From Sporopachydermia quercuum (taxonomy: Eukaryota): 64,000 bases of DNA. How positions within the stretch are numbered: position 1 is the first letter of the stretch; each line of letters starts with the position of its first letter. The DNA is taken from the NCBI GenBank assembly GCA_001599295.1, contig BCGN01000009.1, forward strand, positions 726,413 through 790,412, given 5' to 3'. Made by a program: the position numbers and the translations under genes. Below the pieces are notes generated by a model. The model saw only the letters and a list, made by a program, of their open reading frames with translations. It had not been told where the DNA came from and ran no database searches. Shown here piece by piece: positions 11,882 to 22,482 of the stretch.

Positions 11882-11938
11882 TGTTTCAAGTTACTTTTCA
11901 ATTGAAAAGAAACTCCATTGTGGCGCACTAAATAGGAA
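11882..11938. promoter_or_regulatory. a-specific gene element: Ste12 PRE (TGTTTCA 11882-11888) plus a2 site CATTGT (11916-11921), 5 bp spacer, Mcm1 box ACTAAATAGG (11927-11936)
   Basis: Motifs read directly 320-380 bp upstream of the STE6 ATG; spacing matches a2/alpha2-Mcm1 operator geometry. Confidence 0.65.
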
Positions 11939-12311
11939 GGTAAACCTAATCTCACGATTTAAAGTTTTGCTTGCCCTTCCCTCCTTAATTCCAAACTCTA
12001 AATAATTAGCTGTCTAAGTGTTTCTATTAATTCCGTATCTCTACTCTCGATTCTGCTTATAATTTCCGAAATTATATTTGTCCCATAACACATGTGGTTA
12101 CAGTCGATTGCCGTTGACACAATTGCAAATTGCGTTTGCTGGTACACGTCAACTTCTTTTCCTTCGTTTATGGAATCGATGATTGATATATATGACAGGA
12201 ATAAGACAATATTATCTGTTAGTTGTATAAGATACGCAAAGAATCTGGTTTATAAGATTGCGGTAATAGCGTAGTTCTTTTGCAGATTAATAACTATAAT
12301 CGAGTCTAAAA

Positions 12312-13358
12312 ATGGATACTTTATTGGTTGATTTGTTGAAGGAAGTTGATTTGAAAGCTCAGTCCTTGCACAGTATGTTTCCGTAATGATCAGTTGATCT
12401 ACTGTTAACTGGATGGCTATTCAACATTCAAAGAAGGGAAATTGTTGGTGATCACTACGTTATTAGCAATTGAGCTTACCGCGATTCTAACTGAGTATTA
12501 TTATAGTTGCTTTGCTTTCAATTGCCTTTAATCCAGTTTTCTGGAACATCGTTGCTAGATTAGGTAAGTGGTCATGAGTGATTTGAATGAGCTATGAGAA
12601 CGCGGGAACAGAGTATATATAAGATACGTTTCTTAGCTATGGTGAGATGGTAAATTGTGTTGGTGCTTTTCTATTAGTTGGCTTTGAATCCAACTAGAAC
12701 TTTTATTGCAGCTTAAGGTGTGCTGTTGATGAAAACCAACTATAGCAAATTCAAGTTATGGCACTGGAAACGGCATCTATACTTATTTCCGCTTTCCTCT
12801 CGTAGCTTGCTTTCTCAAAATCAGAAATCAAAATGCTAACACAACATTCTCTTGATTACTACAGAATACAAGACCAAGATCCTAACTAAATTGGCCTTCG
12901 GTAAGCCGTATCTTGGCTGCTATGGGCTAGCTGTTACTATCTTTTCTCTTGGTATTGTCAGAGACTACCTTTACGAAAGAGCATTATCTGAACAACCAGT
13001 TGCTCCATTTTTAGACACTCCAGCATTTAGAATTGCTGGTGTTGTTGCTTTCATTGCAGGAAACATTCTTGTTTTAAGCTCTATGTGGGCTTTGGGTGTC
13101 ACTGGTACCTATCTGGGAGATTACTTTGGAATTCTGATGGACGAAAGAGTCACCGGATTTCCTTTCAACATCACCGACAATCCAATGTATAACGGCTCCA
13201 CTTTGAGTTTCTTGGGAACAGCTTTATTCTTTGGTAAGCCAGCAGGTATCTTAGTCTCTGGTTTTGTTTACTTTATGTATAAGATTGCCTTGACATTTGA
13301 GGAACCTTTCACTGCTCAAATCTATGCCAACAGAGATGCTGAAAAGAAGAAACTTTGA
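12312..13358 (+). CDS. OPI3: Phospholipid N-methyltransferase, 203 aa; exons 12312-12372, 12507-12563, 12865-13358
   Basis: Spliced product gives SIAFNPVFWNIVARLEY and LGVTGTYLGDYFGILMDERVTGFPFN...NPMYNGST, EEPFTAQIY. Donors GTATGT and GTAAGT, branch sites TTCTAAC and TGCTAAC. Exons total 612 nt. Confidence 0.93.
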
Positions 13359-13773
13359 ATCTCCTAAGCTTGCTTACTTTCTTAGCAATGTCCAGTTTCT
13401 ACTCTGATTTGGATAGTTCAACACTCTATTCATCTATCTATCTTTCATTCTGATTGTTCTGTAAATATCATGTGTCGCATTGCTATATAATCATTGGATT
13501 GTTATATAGCGATTGCTTTTCCTTTCTTTTGGTTTCATTGTTCCTTCTCTCAATTGCTTTCATTTTATTTCACTTCATGTTGTTTTGTTTCCCTTCCTTT
13601 TCATTTTGGGTTTGAATCTGGGGTAATCAGTGGGCGGTTATAAAAGAATTGTGCGTTCAACACGTGTATCTTTAATCTATCTATGTACATGAATGTATAA
13701 TACGTTTATATACAAGCAAAAAAAAAGATGTCAAAACTATCAAATCTGAAAACTGTTCTATCAACACTCTTGT

Positions 13774-15468
13774 TCAGACAGAAAACTCTCTAAAAGCCTT
13801 GAACTGATCACTCAACTCTTCATTAGCTTTGGTCTTTGTTTCCTCTAACTCAGCTATCTTGTTCTTGTAGATATCATTTATTAATTGATAGATAGCTTTG
13901 ATTCTTTGATTTATATCATCAAATAGCTTTTGTCTCTTGATACTTGCTAGATCCTGCCTGTCTATTGCTATCTCTTTAGCCAGCTCGTTTGTCTGGTGTT
14001 TGACTGTTGCCAGTACCAACAGAAACTCGTATATATATCCATTATCGCCAAAAACACGCATTTGGCAAAGATTCAGTAGCTCTCGGTTGAATTTAAGAGC
14101 AGCAAACACTGCTGATGGATATTGAAGTATAAACGGATCGCTAAGCAGCAGCTTTAAACAAGTTATGAAATCAAAGAGAAAACCATTCATATAGAAACCC
14201 AATCCCTGTCCGAGATCACCAGATAGATGTTCAAGCAGCAGTGTCACCACGTTGATATTTTCAATACCTCTTGATTTCAACGTGCGGATACAGGATTCTA
14301 TCACTGGTGTAAGCTTCTTATACCTGTTGAAGAGCACTTTGCTATCACCGTCATCATCTGGACAGTAAAACGAAGCCAGTTGAATCAAAACAGGTATTGA
14401 AACATCTAGAATCAATACCGATTGGTTTTCTGGTGTCAATGTAGGAATGTATGATAAATTATTCAGCATGAGGTCCCAGAACAAATTCAATAGACCTGTT
14501 AGATTCGCCAGTTCCCTGGTGATCTTGCCATTGGTGATTGAATCATGGAGAATCTCTGTTCCATAGAGCTTTATCATACATTCATAATCCTCTATCATAT
14601 TCAAGATAGTTGGAACAACTATATGCCAGTTTGCTTTTAATCCCTCTGAAGATATCACCGTGATCACTGAATTCGTATAGGGCATGATTTCATACGAGGT
14701 GATCTTCCAATCGGAGTCCTCAGTATCCATTCCTAAGATGGGACCTTTTTCTTTTTTATAGAGGTTCAGTCTTCCTGTTTTTGTTAGTTTTTCGTTTTTC
14801 GGAAAGCTCTTAGTAAGCTTTTTGATGTCTTCAAGCAGCAGCTCAATGTACTCTGGATGCCGTTTAACTGTATGCTGTAAGATGTCTTTACATACATCGA
14901 CTGTAAAGGAATTAAGGACCCAAGGAAGATTTTCGAGAGAAAAATAGCAAACTGGCAGAAAATCCTCATAAGCTAAAAGCTGGGAAAATAAAAGATCACC
15001 ATCAGAAGAAGATGCAATAGAAATACAGTAGGACAATAACACTAGTGTCAGATGATACACATGTGCTTTGGTGAACGCATCGTTCTTTCCCTTCGTGATT
15101 TCATTTTCGCCAATCCATTTCCATCTTTCTCTTGGAACATTCAAGCTCAAGGAACAAATTGTCTTTAAGCATTCCTGCGCATCTTTATTGTTTATTTTAC
15201 TGTCTTTCTCATAGTCAATAGCTAATAGGCCTAGCTGCAGCGCTACTAGTTCATCAGGCAGTTTGAACCTCCTGGAAAGCAACGTAGCCTTTGTAAGCTG
15301 CAGATAGTCTATACTGTCTCCTTTGTATGCTGAATTCTGGGAAATTAGTCTATGAGCTTCTAGAGGATCTTTTGCAGCGTATAGCCTTTGGTTATTTTCT
15401 GGATGAGCGTACCATTGCTTTAGCTCTGATAAATATGCATGGTAGAGATCAATCTGAGAGTTGCTCAT
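13774..15468 (-). CDS. TTI2: Tel2-interacting protein Tti2-like (TTT complex, HEAT/ARM repeats)
   Basis: WHIVVPTILNMIEDYECMIKLYG resembles the Tti2 core motif (W..PGILN.LDD....K.KG). First ATG at 15468. Confidence 0.65.
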   Translation of the reverse strand: MSNSQIDLYHAYLSELKQWYAHPENNQRLYAAKDPLEAHRLISQNSAYKGDSIDYLQLTKATLLSRRFKLPDELVALQLGLLAIDYEKDSKINNKDAQECLKTICSLSLNVPRERWKWIGENEITKGKNDAFTKAHVYHLTLVLLSYCISIASSSDGDLLFSQLLAYEDFLPVCYFSLENLPWVLNSFTVDVCKDILQHTVKRHPEYIELLLEDIKKLTKSFPKNEKLTKTGRLNLYKKEKGPILGMDTEDSDWKITSYEIMPYTNSVITVISSEGLKANWHIVVPTILNMIEDYECMIKLYGTEILHDSITNGKITRELANLTGLLNLFWDLMLNNLSYIPTLTPENQSVLILDVSIPVLIQLASFYCPDDDGDSKVLFNRYKKLTPVIESCIRTLKSRGIENINVVTLLLEHLSGDLGQGLGFYMNGFLFDFITCLKLLLSDPFILQYPSAVFAALKFNRELLNLCQMRVFGDNGYIYEFLLVLATVKHQTNELAKEIAIDRQDLASIKRQKLFDDINQRIKAIYQLINDIYKNKIAELEETKTKANEELSDQFKAFREFSV

Positions 15469-16489
15469 TATGTTTGGAACCCGAATATTGTACAGGAAAT
15501 TAGTAGTAAAAACAGGTATGCTACCAGATTGAACAATTTGGGTTAGAACGAACAAATCAAAGCTTTATTAGTTGTTTGTCATGATAAGAATAAGAAGATA
15601 GAGACTTTCTGAGGTTTTATTATTACGATGAAAAAAGAACCGTAGCATGCTGGAATTATGCATAACTATGCATGTGATTTGCAGATGATTGGAACTTTAT
15701 TTCCCTGGCGTTGGTTTTAGTAGCAAGTGTGAATAGGGTGGAAATATTAAAGCGTTTACAGTATGATTTTAAGTACAGTTGGCATATATTTGTTATTTGT
15801 TATTTGTTGAATGAGATTCAAACAATATATCTTAGATAATTATCACTAATGGAAGGCAGAATTGAATGTTAGATTTAGGCTAAATCGAATATTAGAGTTC
15901 GAAATATTGCATAAGTCGGCAGCAAAAGAATCCCATCAAAAGAATCACCAAAAGGTACTACTTTTCTTGATTGAATCTTTTCCCAAACGAAATTATGGAG
16001 TCTCAACTCTCAGAATTATGAGCACACCATCCAGTATTCAGAACTGTTATAAGCTTTTTATTTCTCTTCCTTAAAAATACTCCTCTTGATGTCTATTATT
16101 CTACAATATCACAAACCCATTATCTGATAAAGTTTCTGATAATACATATTCATGCTTATTGATGCACAAACCTAATTCAACCTTATCTTCCATCTCCGAA
16201 TTCAATCGTTATCAGATCGTCTATTCCTCTTGCTTTTATAGGCTGGTTGATCTAGCGAACGGATCATTATCATTATCATAATTATAAGCTCGATAGACTA
16301 TTCACATAGGTCATCCCTATTCGTCCACAGCCAATCTAACCCAGAACGACATTTTCTATCCTTCTGAGCCNACTAGCACTACCTCGTTCATCACCTTCAT
16401 AAACAAACAGATGATACCTATTGATCATATCTTATAAGTCATAACAACATAACCAATCAACCACGATATATCTTAAATAATAAAATATT

Positions 16490-17692
16490 ATGAAAATGAC
16501 CAAAACTGATGAACTTGGGCCTCACAGCCAACAAAACTCTCCATCAATCTCTTCTTTACCAGTACTTTATTCAACGTTTGGTATGCTCATCATAGACGAG
16601 GTACATTTTCCTTCCGGTGAATCTAGAAAAAATATCCTAGGCGGAGGTGGCACTTGGACTGTTCTTGGTGGCAGGTTTTTCCTGCCGAAGGCTGGGCTGA
16701 AAACTCAGCTTAGGTACTGTTCAAAGAGTATATCTTGGATAGTAGATGTTGGCAGGAGCTTCCCAGTGGAAAGTAGAAACGAGATTGATAAATGGGACCT
16801 GAATACAATTTATCAAGAAGATCTTACCCGTGAGACTACATTCGGTTGGAACTTTTATGGGCCCAATGAACATAGAGATTTTAAATACTTGACCCCTAAG
16901 AAACGAATCACTGTGGAAATAATGAAANAGTATCCTGGTCTTATTAACTCCAGGAGTTTCCACTTACTTTGCTCTCCTAGGAGAGCAATTGAACTAGTGA
17001 CGAAGATCAATGCTATACGGAACAATGAAAGGGATAGTGCCCTAGATGCCAATCATGGAATTAATAATAATGGTCATAAGAGTGATGATAAGAACAGCCC
17101 ATTATTTATATATGAACCTGTACCTGATGAAGCACAACCTAATACGTATGCTCTTCTCCAGCAGGTGCTTCCTTACATCAAGATNCTGTCGCCAAATGCT
17201 GAGGAAGGGGCAGCTTTTCTGGGCCTACCTGAACCAGAAGGCAAAGAAGAGATAGAAAAAGTGGGCTGTGAGCTTGTTCAATGGATGAACGATGGCTGCT
17301 TTGTTATTCTGAGGTGTGGTTCCTTAGGATCGTTTGTTGTTGAGAAAGGAAGTGAAAGAAAGCAGTGGCTTCCTGCTTATCATGAAAAGCAGGATGTTCA
17401 TTATAGGATAGTTGATCCTACAGGAGCAGGAAATTGTTTTCTTGGTGGGTGTATGATTGGCTATATAATTGCGGTAGAATTAGGATATTCTCTCTGGGAT
17501 GCGATCGAGATAGGGTGTGTTTTTGGTAATATCAGCGCAGGGTTGGCTATTGAACAATGGGGTGTACCTAGTGTAAGTTTTGATGGGTTGGAAGAGTATT
17601 GGAATGATGAGCTTATAAGAAGTAGATTGAATAAGTATTTGAGGAAAACAGATTCCTTATTGGATATGGAAAAGGTGTTAAATATGTACTAG
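16490..17692 (+). CDS. MAK32: Mak32-like PfkB/ribokinase-family protein
   Basis: GMLIIDE, GGGGTWTVLG, WIVDVGRSFP, SFHLLCSPRR, SPNAEE and the PfkB signature VDPTGAGNCFLGG. Confidence 0.8.
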   Translation: MKMTKTDELGPHSQQNSPSISSLPVLYSTFGMLIIDEVHFPSGESRKNILGGGGTWTVLGGRFFLPKAGLKTQLRYCSKSISWIVDVGRSFPVESRNEIDKWDLNTIYQEDLTRETTFGWNFYGPNEHRDFKYLTPKKRITVEIMKXYPGLINSRSFHLLCSPRRAIELVTKINAIRNNERDSALDANHGINNNGHKSDDKNSPLFIYEPVPDEAQPNTYALLQQVLPYIKXLSPNAEEGAAFLGLPEPEGKEEIEKVGCELVQWMNDGCFVILRCGSLGSFVVEKGSERKQWLPAYHEKQDVHYRIVDPTGAGNCFLGGCMIGYIIAVELGYSLWDAIEIGCVFGNISAGLAIEQWGVPSVSFDGLEEYWNDELIRSRLNKYLRKTDSLLDMEKVLNMY

Positions 17693-18107
17693 CTTTTGAA
17701 TAGAAGAACAGAAGAATAGAAAAATAGCATTAGATCAATGATAAGATGATAGAGATGGAGATAACGGTATCAGGATAAGTAGCACAAAGTATATTAATAC
17801 AGAGTAAACTTCATTTATCAACAAAACAAGTATCGTTTCCCTTAACACCTATAAAAGGATTTCTATNTCCAATCAATCAATCAACAAATAAATAAATAGA
17901 TAAAAATCAAAATCAGAATAAGCACATTTACCTACCAAACCAAACTAACTGATCAGTCAAACCAAAGCTATTCAAAGAAATAGTCCTCTCCCATAAACCA
18001 AAAAATAGAAACATTTTCTCTTCATTTCGTAATAAAATACCCATACATCATAATAACATACCCGTAGGCTATTCACCTCCTCCTACTCTCTGCTATACAT
18101 GTCCAGT

Positions 18108-19075
18108 TTAAAGATCTATTGGTCCAGCAGGATCTTCATCTTCTTCCTCTTCCTCTTCATCATCGTCGTCATCGTCATCACTGCTACTACTCATTTCTTC
18201 ATCTGAATCTTCGTCATCATCACGTTTCAACGTAATATTTGAAGCATACCTTTTAATATAGTCTCGAACTCTCTCTTCATATACTTTGGAGTCTCTAATC
18301 AAAAGACTGGAAGCCTCTGAATTCAAAGGATCAGCTGCATTAGGATATCTTAGAAGTTGAGGAAGAAACACTTCGAATATATTAATCATATCGAACATAG
18401 GAGACCAGGTTTGATTGATGACGTCAAGGCAAACAGAGCCTGACATTTCGTCGATATTTGGGTGGAATATTTTGTTTTGGAATCCAATAGATGGTGATTT
18501 ATAAGGGTATTGGTCAGGTAACTCTACATGGACTTTCCATGTTCCTCCTTCAAATGGTGCTGTATAGGGTCCTATGTTAGTAAAGGTTATGACAAGGATG
18601 AAAATATGACAAGAATACTACAGCACAACTTACTTTCTTCTGGTCCATGGAATAACACAGTGAACTCTTGCATATCATCATTGACCAGTTGGACTTCAAA
18701 ATCGCTCATAAGACTAAGGTAAGGGATAAGTTAGTATCACTGAATGGGTTTCTGTAGTAGTTCAGTTCTATGTAAGTGAACAATGGTAATAAATACGTTT
18801 TTATACTAGAGGCTTATTGAATATCTTTCAGCTGCCGGTTTTCGATATACTTCACCAAATAGCACTTACAGCTTCATCACATCTGTTTCGATACGTCTTT
18901 TGGGCGAACTAGATAGATAACAGTTAGTATACTACTATTACATCTGATTGATCGTTAGGTCATACGATTTAGATGCATCAATAGCACACCGAAATTCTCT
19001 GAACTATCTTTTCCTAGAACTTCAATGCTCCATCAATATTTACTATTCAAACAGTATATTCATTTCATACCTCAT
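18108..19075 (-). CDS. UBC8: Ubiquitin-conjugating enzyme E2 (UBE2H class), 191 aa; exons 19075-19071, 18908-18870, 18713-18634, 18559-18108
   Basis: Splicing gives [22 protein letters not shown]...[27 protein letters not shown]...[22 protein letters not shown] plus an acidic tail. Three introns with GTATGA/GTAAGT donors and TACTAAC branch sites. Confidence 0.95.
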
Positions 19076-20651
19076 TTTTGGATTTTTGGATCAGTAAAGT
19101 TTCGTTCTCTTTATAGTTCCCTCTTTTTTCTCTGATCTCTATTCTATGCTACGCTGCTAATCTGCCTTTTTATACCGACCGCAAAGCTCTAATTGACTCC
19201 CCTTTTATCAGATATCGTTTGTGACTTCAAAACTATTGATCACTCTTCCTATTACCTCCTTGTTATTTCTGCCCTCTCCTGTCCTGCTTCTTGTTGCATA
19301 TATACTCTTAATTATCTCGTACTATCGAAGTCCCAACACACTGATAACAGAAATACAACAGAGGCGACTAGGTAAATTCCCTATCTGTAGATATCAATCA
19401 CCAAACTGAAATACGTAGTAGGTGTTACCTAACCTAACAAACACAAACACTGCTCTACCTCAATCACTAACACAAAAAAAAAAGGAAGTGATCACAACAA
19501 ATGTAATAATAATTGTAAAAGTGTGAATATCTATAATTATTACGACAAATATTCCAATTAGCGAAGATCTTTGGTTGTGTTTGTGTTACAAATGCATAAT
19601 AAGATTTGTGTTGCAACCACTGTAAGCTTAGTTCTTCAGCCTTGAGGGAAAAGTGGGATTTGGCGGTACGAAATGGTAATAATCTAAAGAGCTGATGATA
19701 ACTATTATTGTTGTTTATAGTAATGTTTAGAAGATTAATATTTAGTAGCGTTGAAAACATTTCCAGTGACCCAGAGTTCTAAGTAGTTAAGAACAACTTA
19801 ACAATTTCCCCTCCTAAATAAAATGGATAAAGATAAAGATCAAGTCATGTGTGATTTTGCCCAGTGCAGATGGAATTTCCCAATATGGTTGATCAAATCG
19901 TATCGAGTAATTTGTTGATAGAGTAAGGACTAAAAGGATGGTAGTAGGAGGAGATTTATGATATATTCGATACTCAACNGTAATGGTAATTATGAGAGAG
20001 GTAGAGAAGAAATATAGGACTGTTCAGTAACTAGCTGTTCAGTAATTGTACAGTGGATATGTGGGATGTGTCGAGCGGTTTATATTCTGGTGAGGATTGC
20101 CATTTCGCAGGAGGATTATACGAGGAGCTCTACGGAGTATTGTGATTGAAATAACTGGAATCAATAGCAAATCGAGTATTATATCTTTATTAGGTAATTA
20201 AATCATCATGTGCCATTTCAACGTACTGAGTTCGAGCAAAGATAGTTGCTGTCTCTTTTAATTAGCTGTTAAACCTGAAGTGCAATTGCTAAATGGGTAT
20301 TATCCTCCTGATGGTCTCTACAAAAGTCAAGTACCTCTAGCCTTCAAAGTACGGTCTTGAAATACTACATTAGAACTGAAATACTACTATCTGGAGAGGA
20401 TCAAATACATGTTTGTTGTTCGTTGTTTGATTGTCTGTTCTTAGAAAGAATACATCAGTCACAACTCGTGTAATACCTTTTGGCTCACCTCTCAAATGTC
20501 CAGAACATCACTATCTAGGCTGCTTCGACAATCTTCAGTTGTCGATTATTTTTCAAGAATGATTGTATTAAATTCACTTGAACAAGAATCACTATACTTT
20601 GATTATAATAATACATGGATAAAGTAAGATTCATTCTTCATTGCTTTCCAT

Positions 20652-21104
20652 TTATCTTATCCTTCTCAATCTCTCCGATTCGACTGCAACGCCATTGCCT
20701 TCCACGTCAGGTAGCAGATTCCTCACCAGCTCTTTCTCTTTACTAGTTAATTCTTTCTGGTACAAAATATTTCGACTAGAAACGTCGGTCGTATTCTTAT
20801 CAGCTTGTACTTCTCCATGATGGTCCCATTCTCCTTCAATCAACTCCGAACGAAGATTCTTCAATTCCGCATCTAAGTGAGCAAATTGTGCTTTTGTCTC
20901 CGCCAAATTGATTTTCTTTCCGTTATCCATCTTTTCTATACTCTTTTTAAGACTGTCTTTGATTTCTACGAGTTGCTGTCTATCATTTTCGGTGTCTACT
21001 TCTATTGGTTTCAGAACTTGTATCATCAAATCATTGTTTTTCTTCAATGAATGCAGATGAACATGTTTGGTGGACTGTGGATAAAAAAAGCTTTGAGCGG
21101 ACAT
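20652..21104 (-). CDS. Hypothetical 150-aa charged, coiled-coil-like protein
   Basis: ATG-initiated ORF in A-rich context with protein-like composition; no family recognised. Confidence 0.6.
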   Translation of the reverse strand: MSAQSFFYPQSTKHVHLHSLKKNNDLMIQVLKPIEVDTENDRQQLVEIKDSLKKSIEKMDNGKKINLAETKAQFAHLDAELKNLRSELIEGEWDHHGEVQADKNTTDVSSRNILYQKELTSKEKELVRNLLPDVEGNGVAVESERLRRIR

Positions 21105-22111
21105 TATAGTAACTCTGGCGTGTCTATTAAAAAGGGAAAAAAATTTGCCGAAATAGTTATTGATAGAACATATTTAAGACAGAAATCAGCTTGAAAAATT
21201 CAGGAATAATGGTGTAGATGTGTTGTTATGATGCTGTTGAGATTTTATTCAAATGGTTACTTGAAGTAGTCGTTGGATGTGTATTTTTTGTCCGATAAGC
21301 TGTACAATATGTCANTAGCTAACTCTCAAGACACTAGAGCAATTGCAGGTTGGTAAATTGCTAAATGCACACTACTTACTAGTTATATAGTACTTCCCAA
21401 TATTGAACTTACTGCATGTATAAGGCATTCAATGCTTATGAAAATAAATAAAGTAGAAACGTGTTATTCATATTTTTTTGTTTATTATATACAAGATGTC
21501 TAGAAAGGTGACATTATGGTGTAAGGATGACCCAGTTCAGTGGANGTATTCTAATCAGGTATTCGGACAAGTCCACACTTGGAAGGTCGGAAATTGAGAT
21601 ATGAAGTGATGTAGCAAGATAACAAAGACAAATAAGCATTGGTTGATGTATTGATGATTTCGTTCAGGGAAATGGTTATCGTTTTTATTAGCAATAATAA
21701 ACCAAGGAGAGTTTCCGGTTTGTATGTCAATATCTTGAAACATAATCCTCTAATCCTCATCTTTTCCTCCTTTGAATGTCAAAGCGCTTGCTCCATCTCA
21801 TCAGTGACAGTAGGCTAGGTTCAAGCAAATAACTGATTTAAGTAAAACTGTGAGAGATGAGCGAAGCTGTGCGTTCTACACTTCTTATGTGTTCTCTGGA
21901 GAAGCATCCACCTTGGTGGTAACTTTCCACTTCAAGGCCACGACTGTGATAATTCTTTGTGTTATTTCTGACCTTCGAAGTCACAGCTGTAGATGCCTTT
22001 TCAATCTAATCCATTAGATATCCCATAAACGTCTGATTTTGATAGCTTATTTCTCTTCACACATATAATTAGAATACCAGGCGATATCTGAACAACAACT
22101 TTTTGTCACAG

Positions 22112-22482
22112 TTATACATCTGCAACTCCTGCTGATGAAGCCTTCCTTTTGTCTGCATATCTCTTCGCTGTATTATACTCTTTCTCGTCTACTTTTATTT
22201 CTTTGATACACCCGGCAGGAATGCTTACCAACCCTGTGTTTCTCTTTTGATATAAGTTGTCACCTGCTATAGGTGAAATCTCGTCCGTATGTGCTAGGAG
22301 AACGTTGGGAACCTATCAATNAGATCTGTTAGTAGCTATTTTTGATTCTTTCATTTGGAAGACCAGTTTTGTAAGCAATATATAAAACATACCGAATCAG
22401 TGCAAGTAAGTATCCCTTTGAAAATTCTCCCATCAGTAACGGTCACTATGAATGGTATTCCAACGAAATCATGGGCCTCCAT
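22112..22482 (-). CDS. MAK31: NatC auxiliary subunit, Sm-like (Mak31/Naa38), 96 aa; exons 22482-22393 and 22312-22112
   Basis: Spliced product MEAHDFVGIPFIVTVTDGRIFKGILTCTDS|VPNVLLAHTDE...RNTGLVSIPAGCIKEIKVD carries Sm1 and Sm2 motifs. 80-nt intron with GTATGT, TACTAAC and TAG. Near MAK32, as in S. cerevisiae. Confidence 0.85.
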
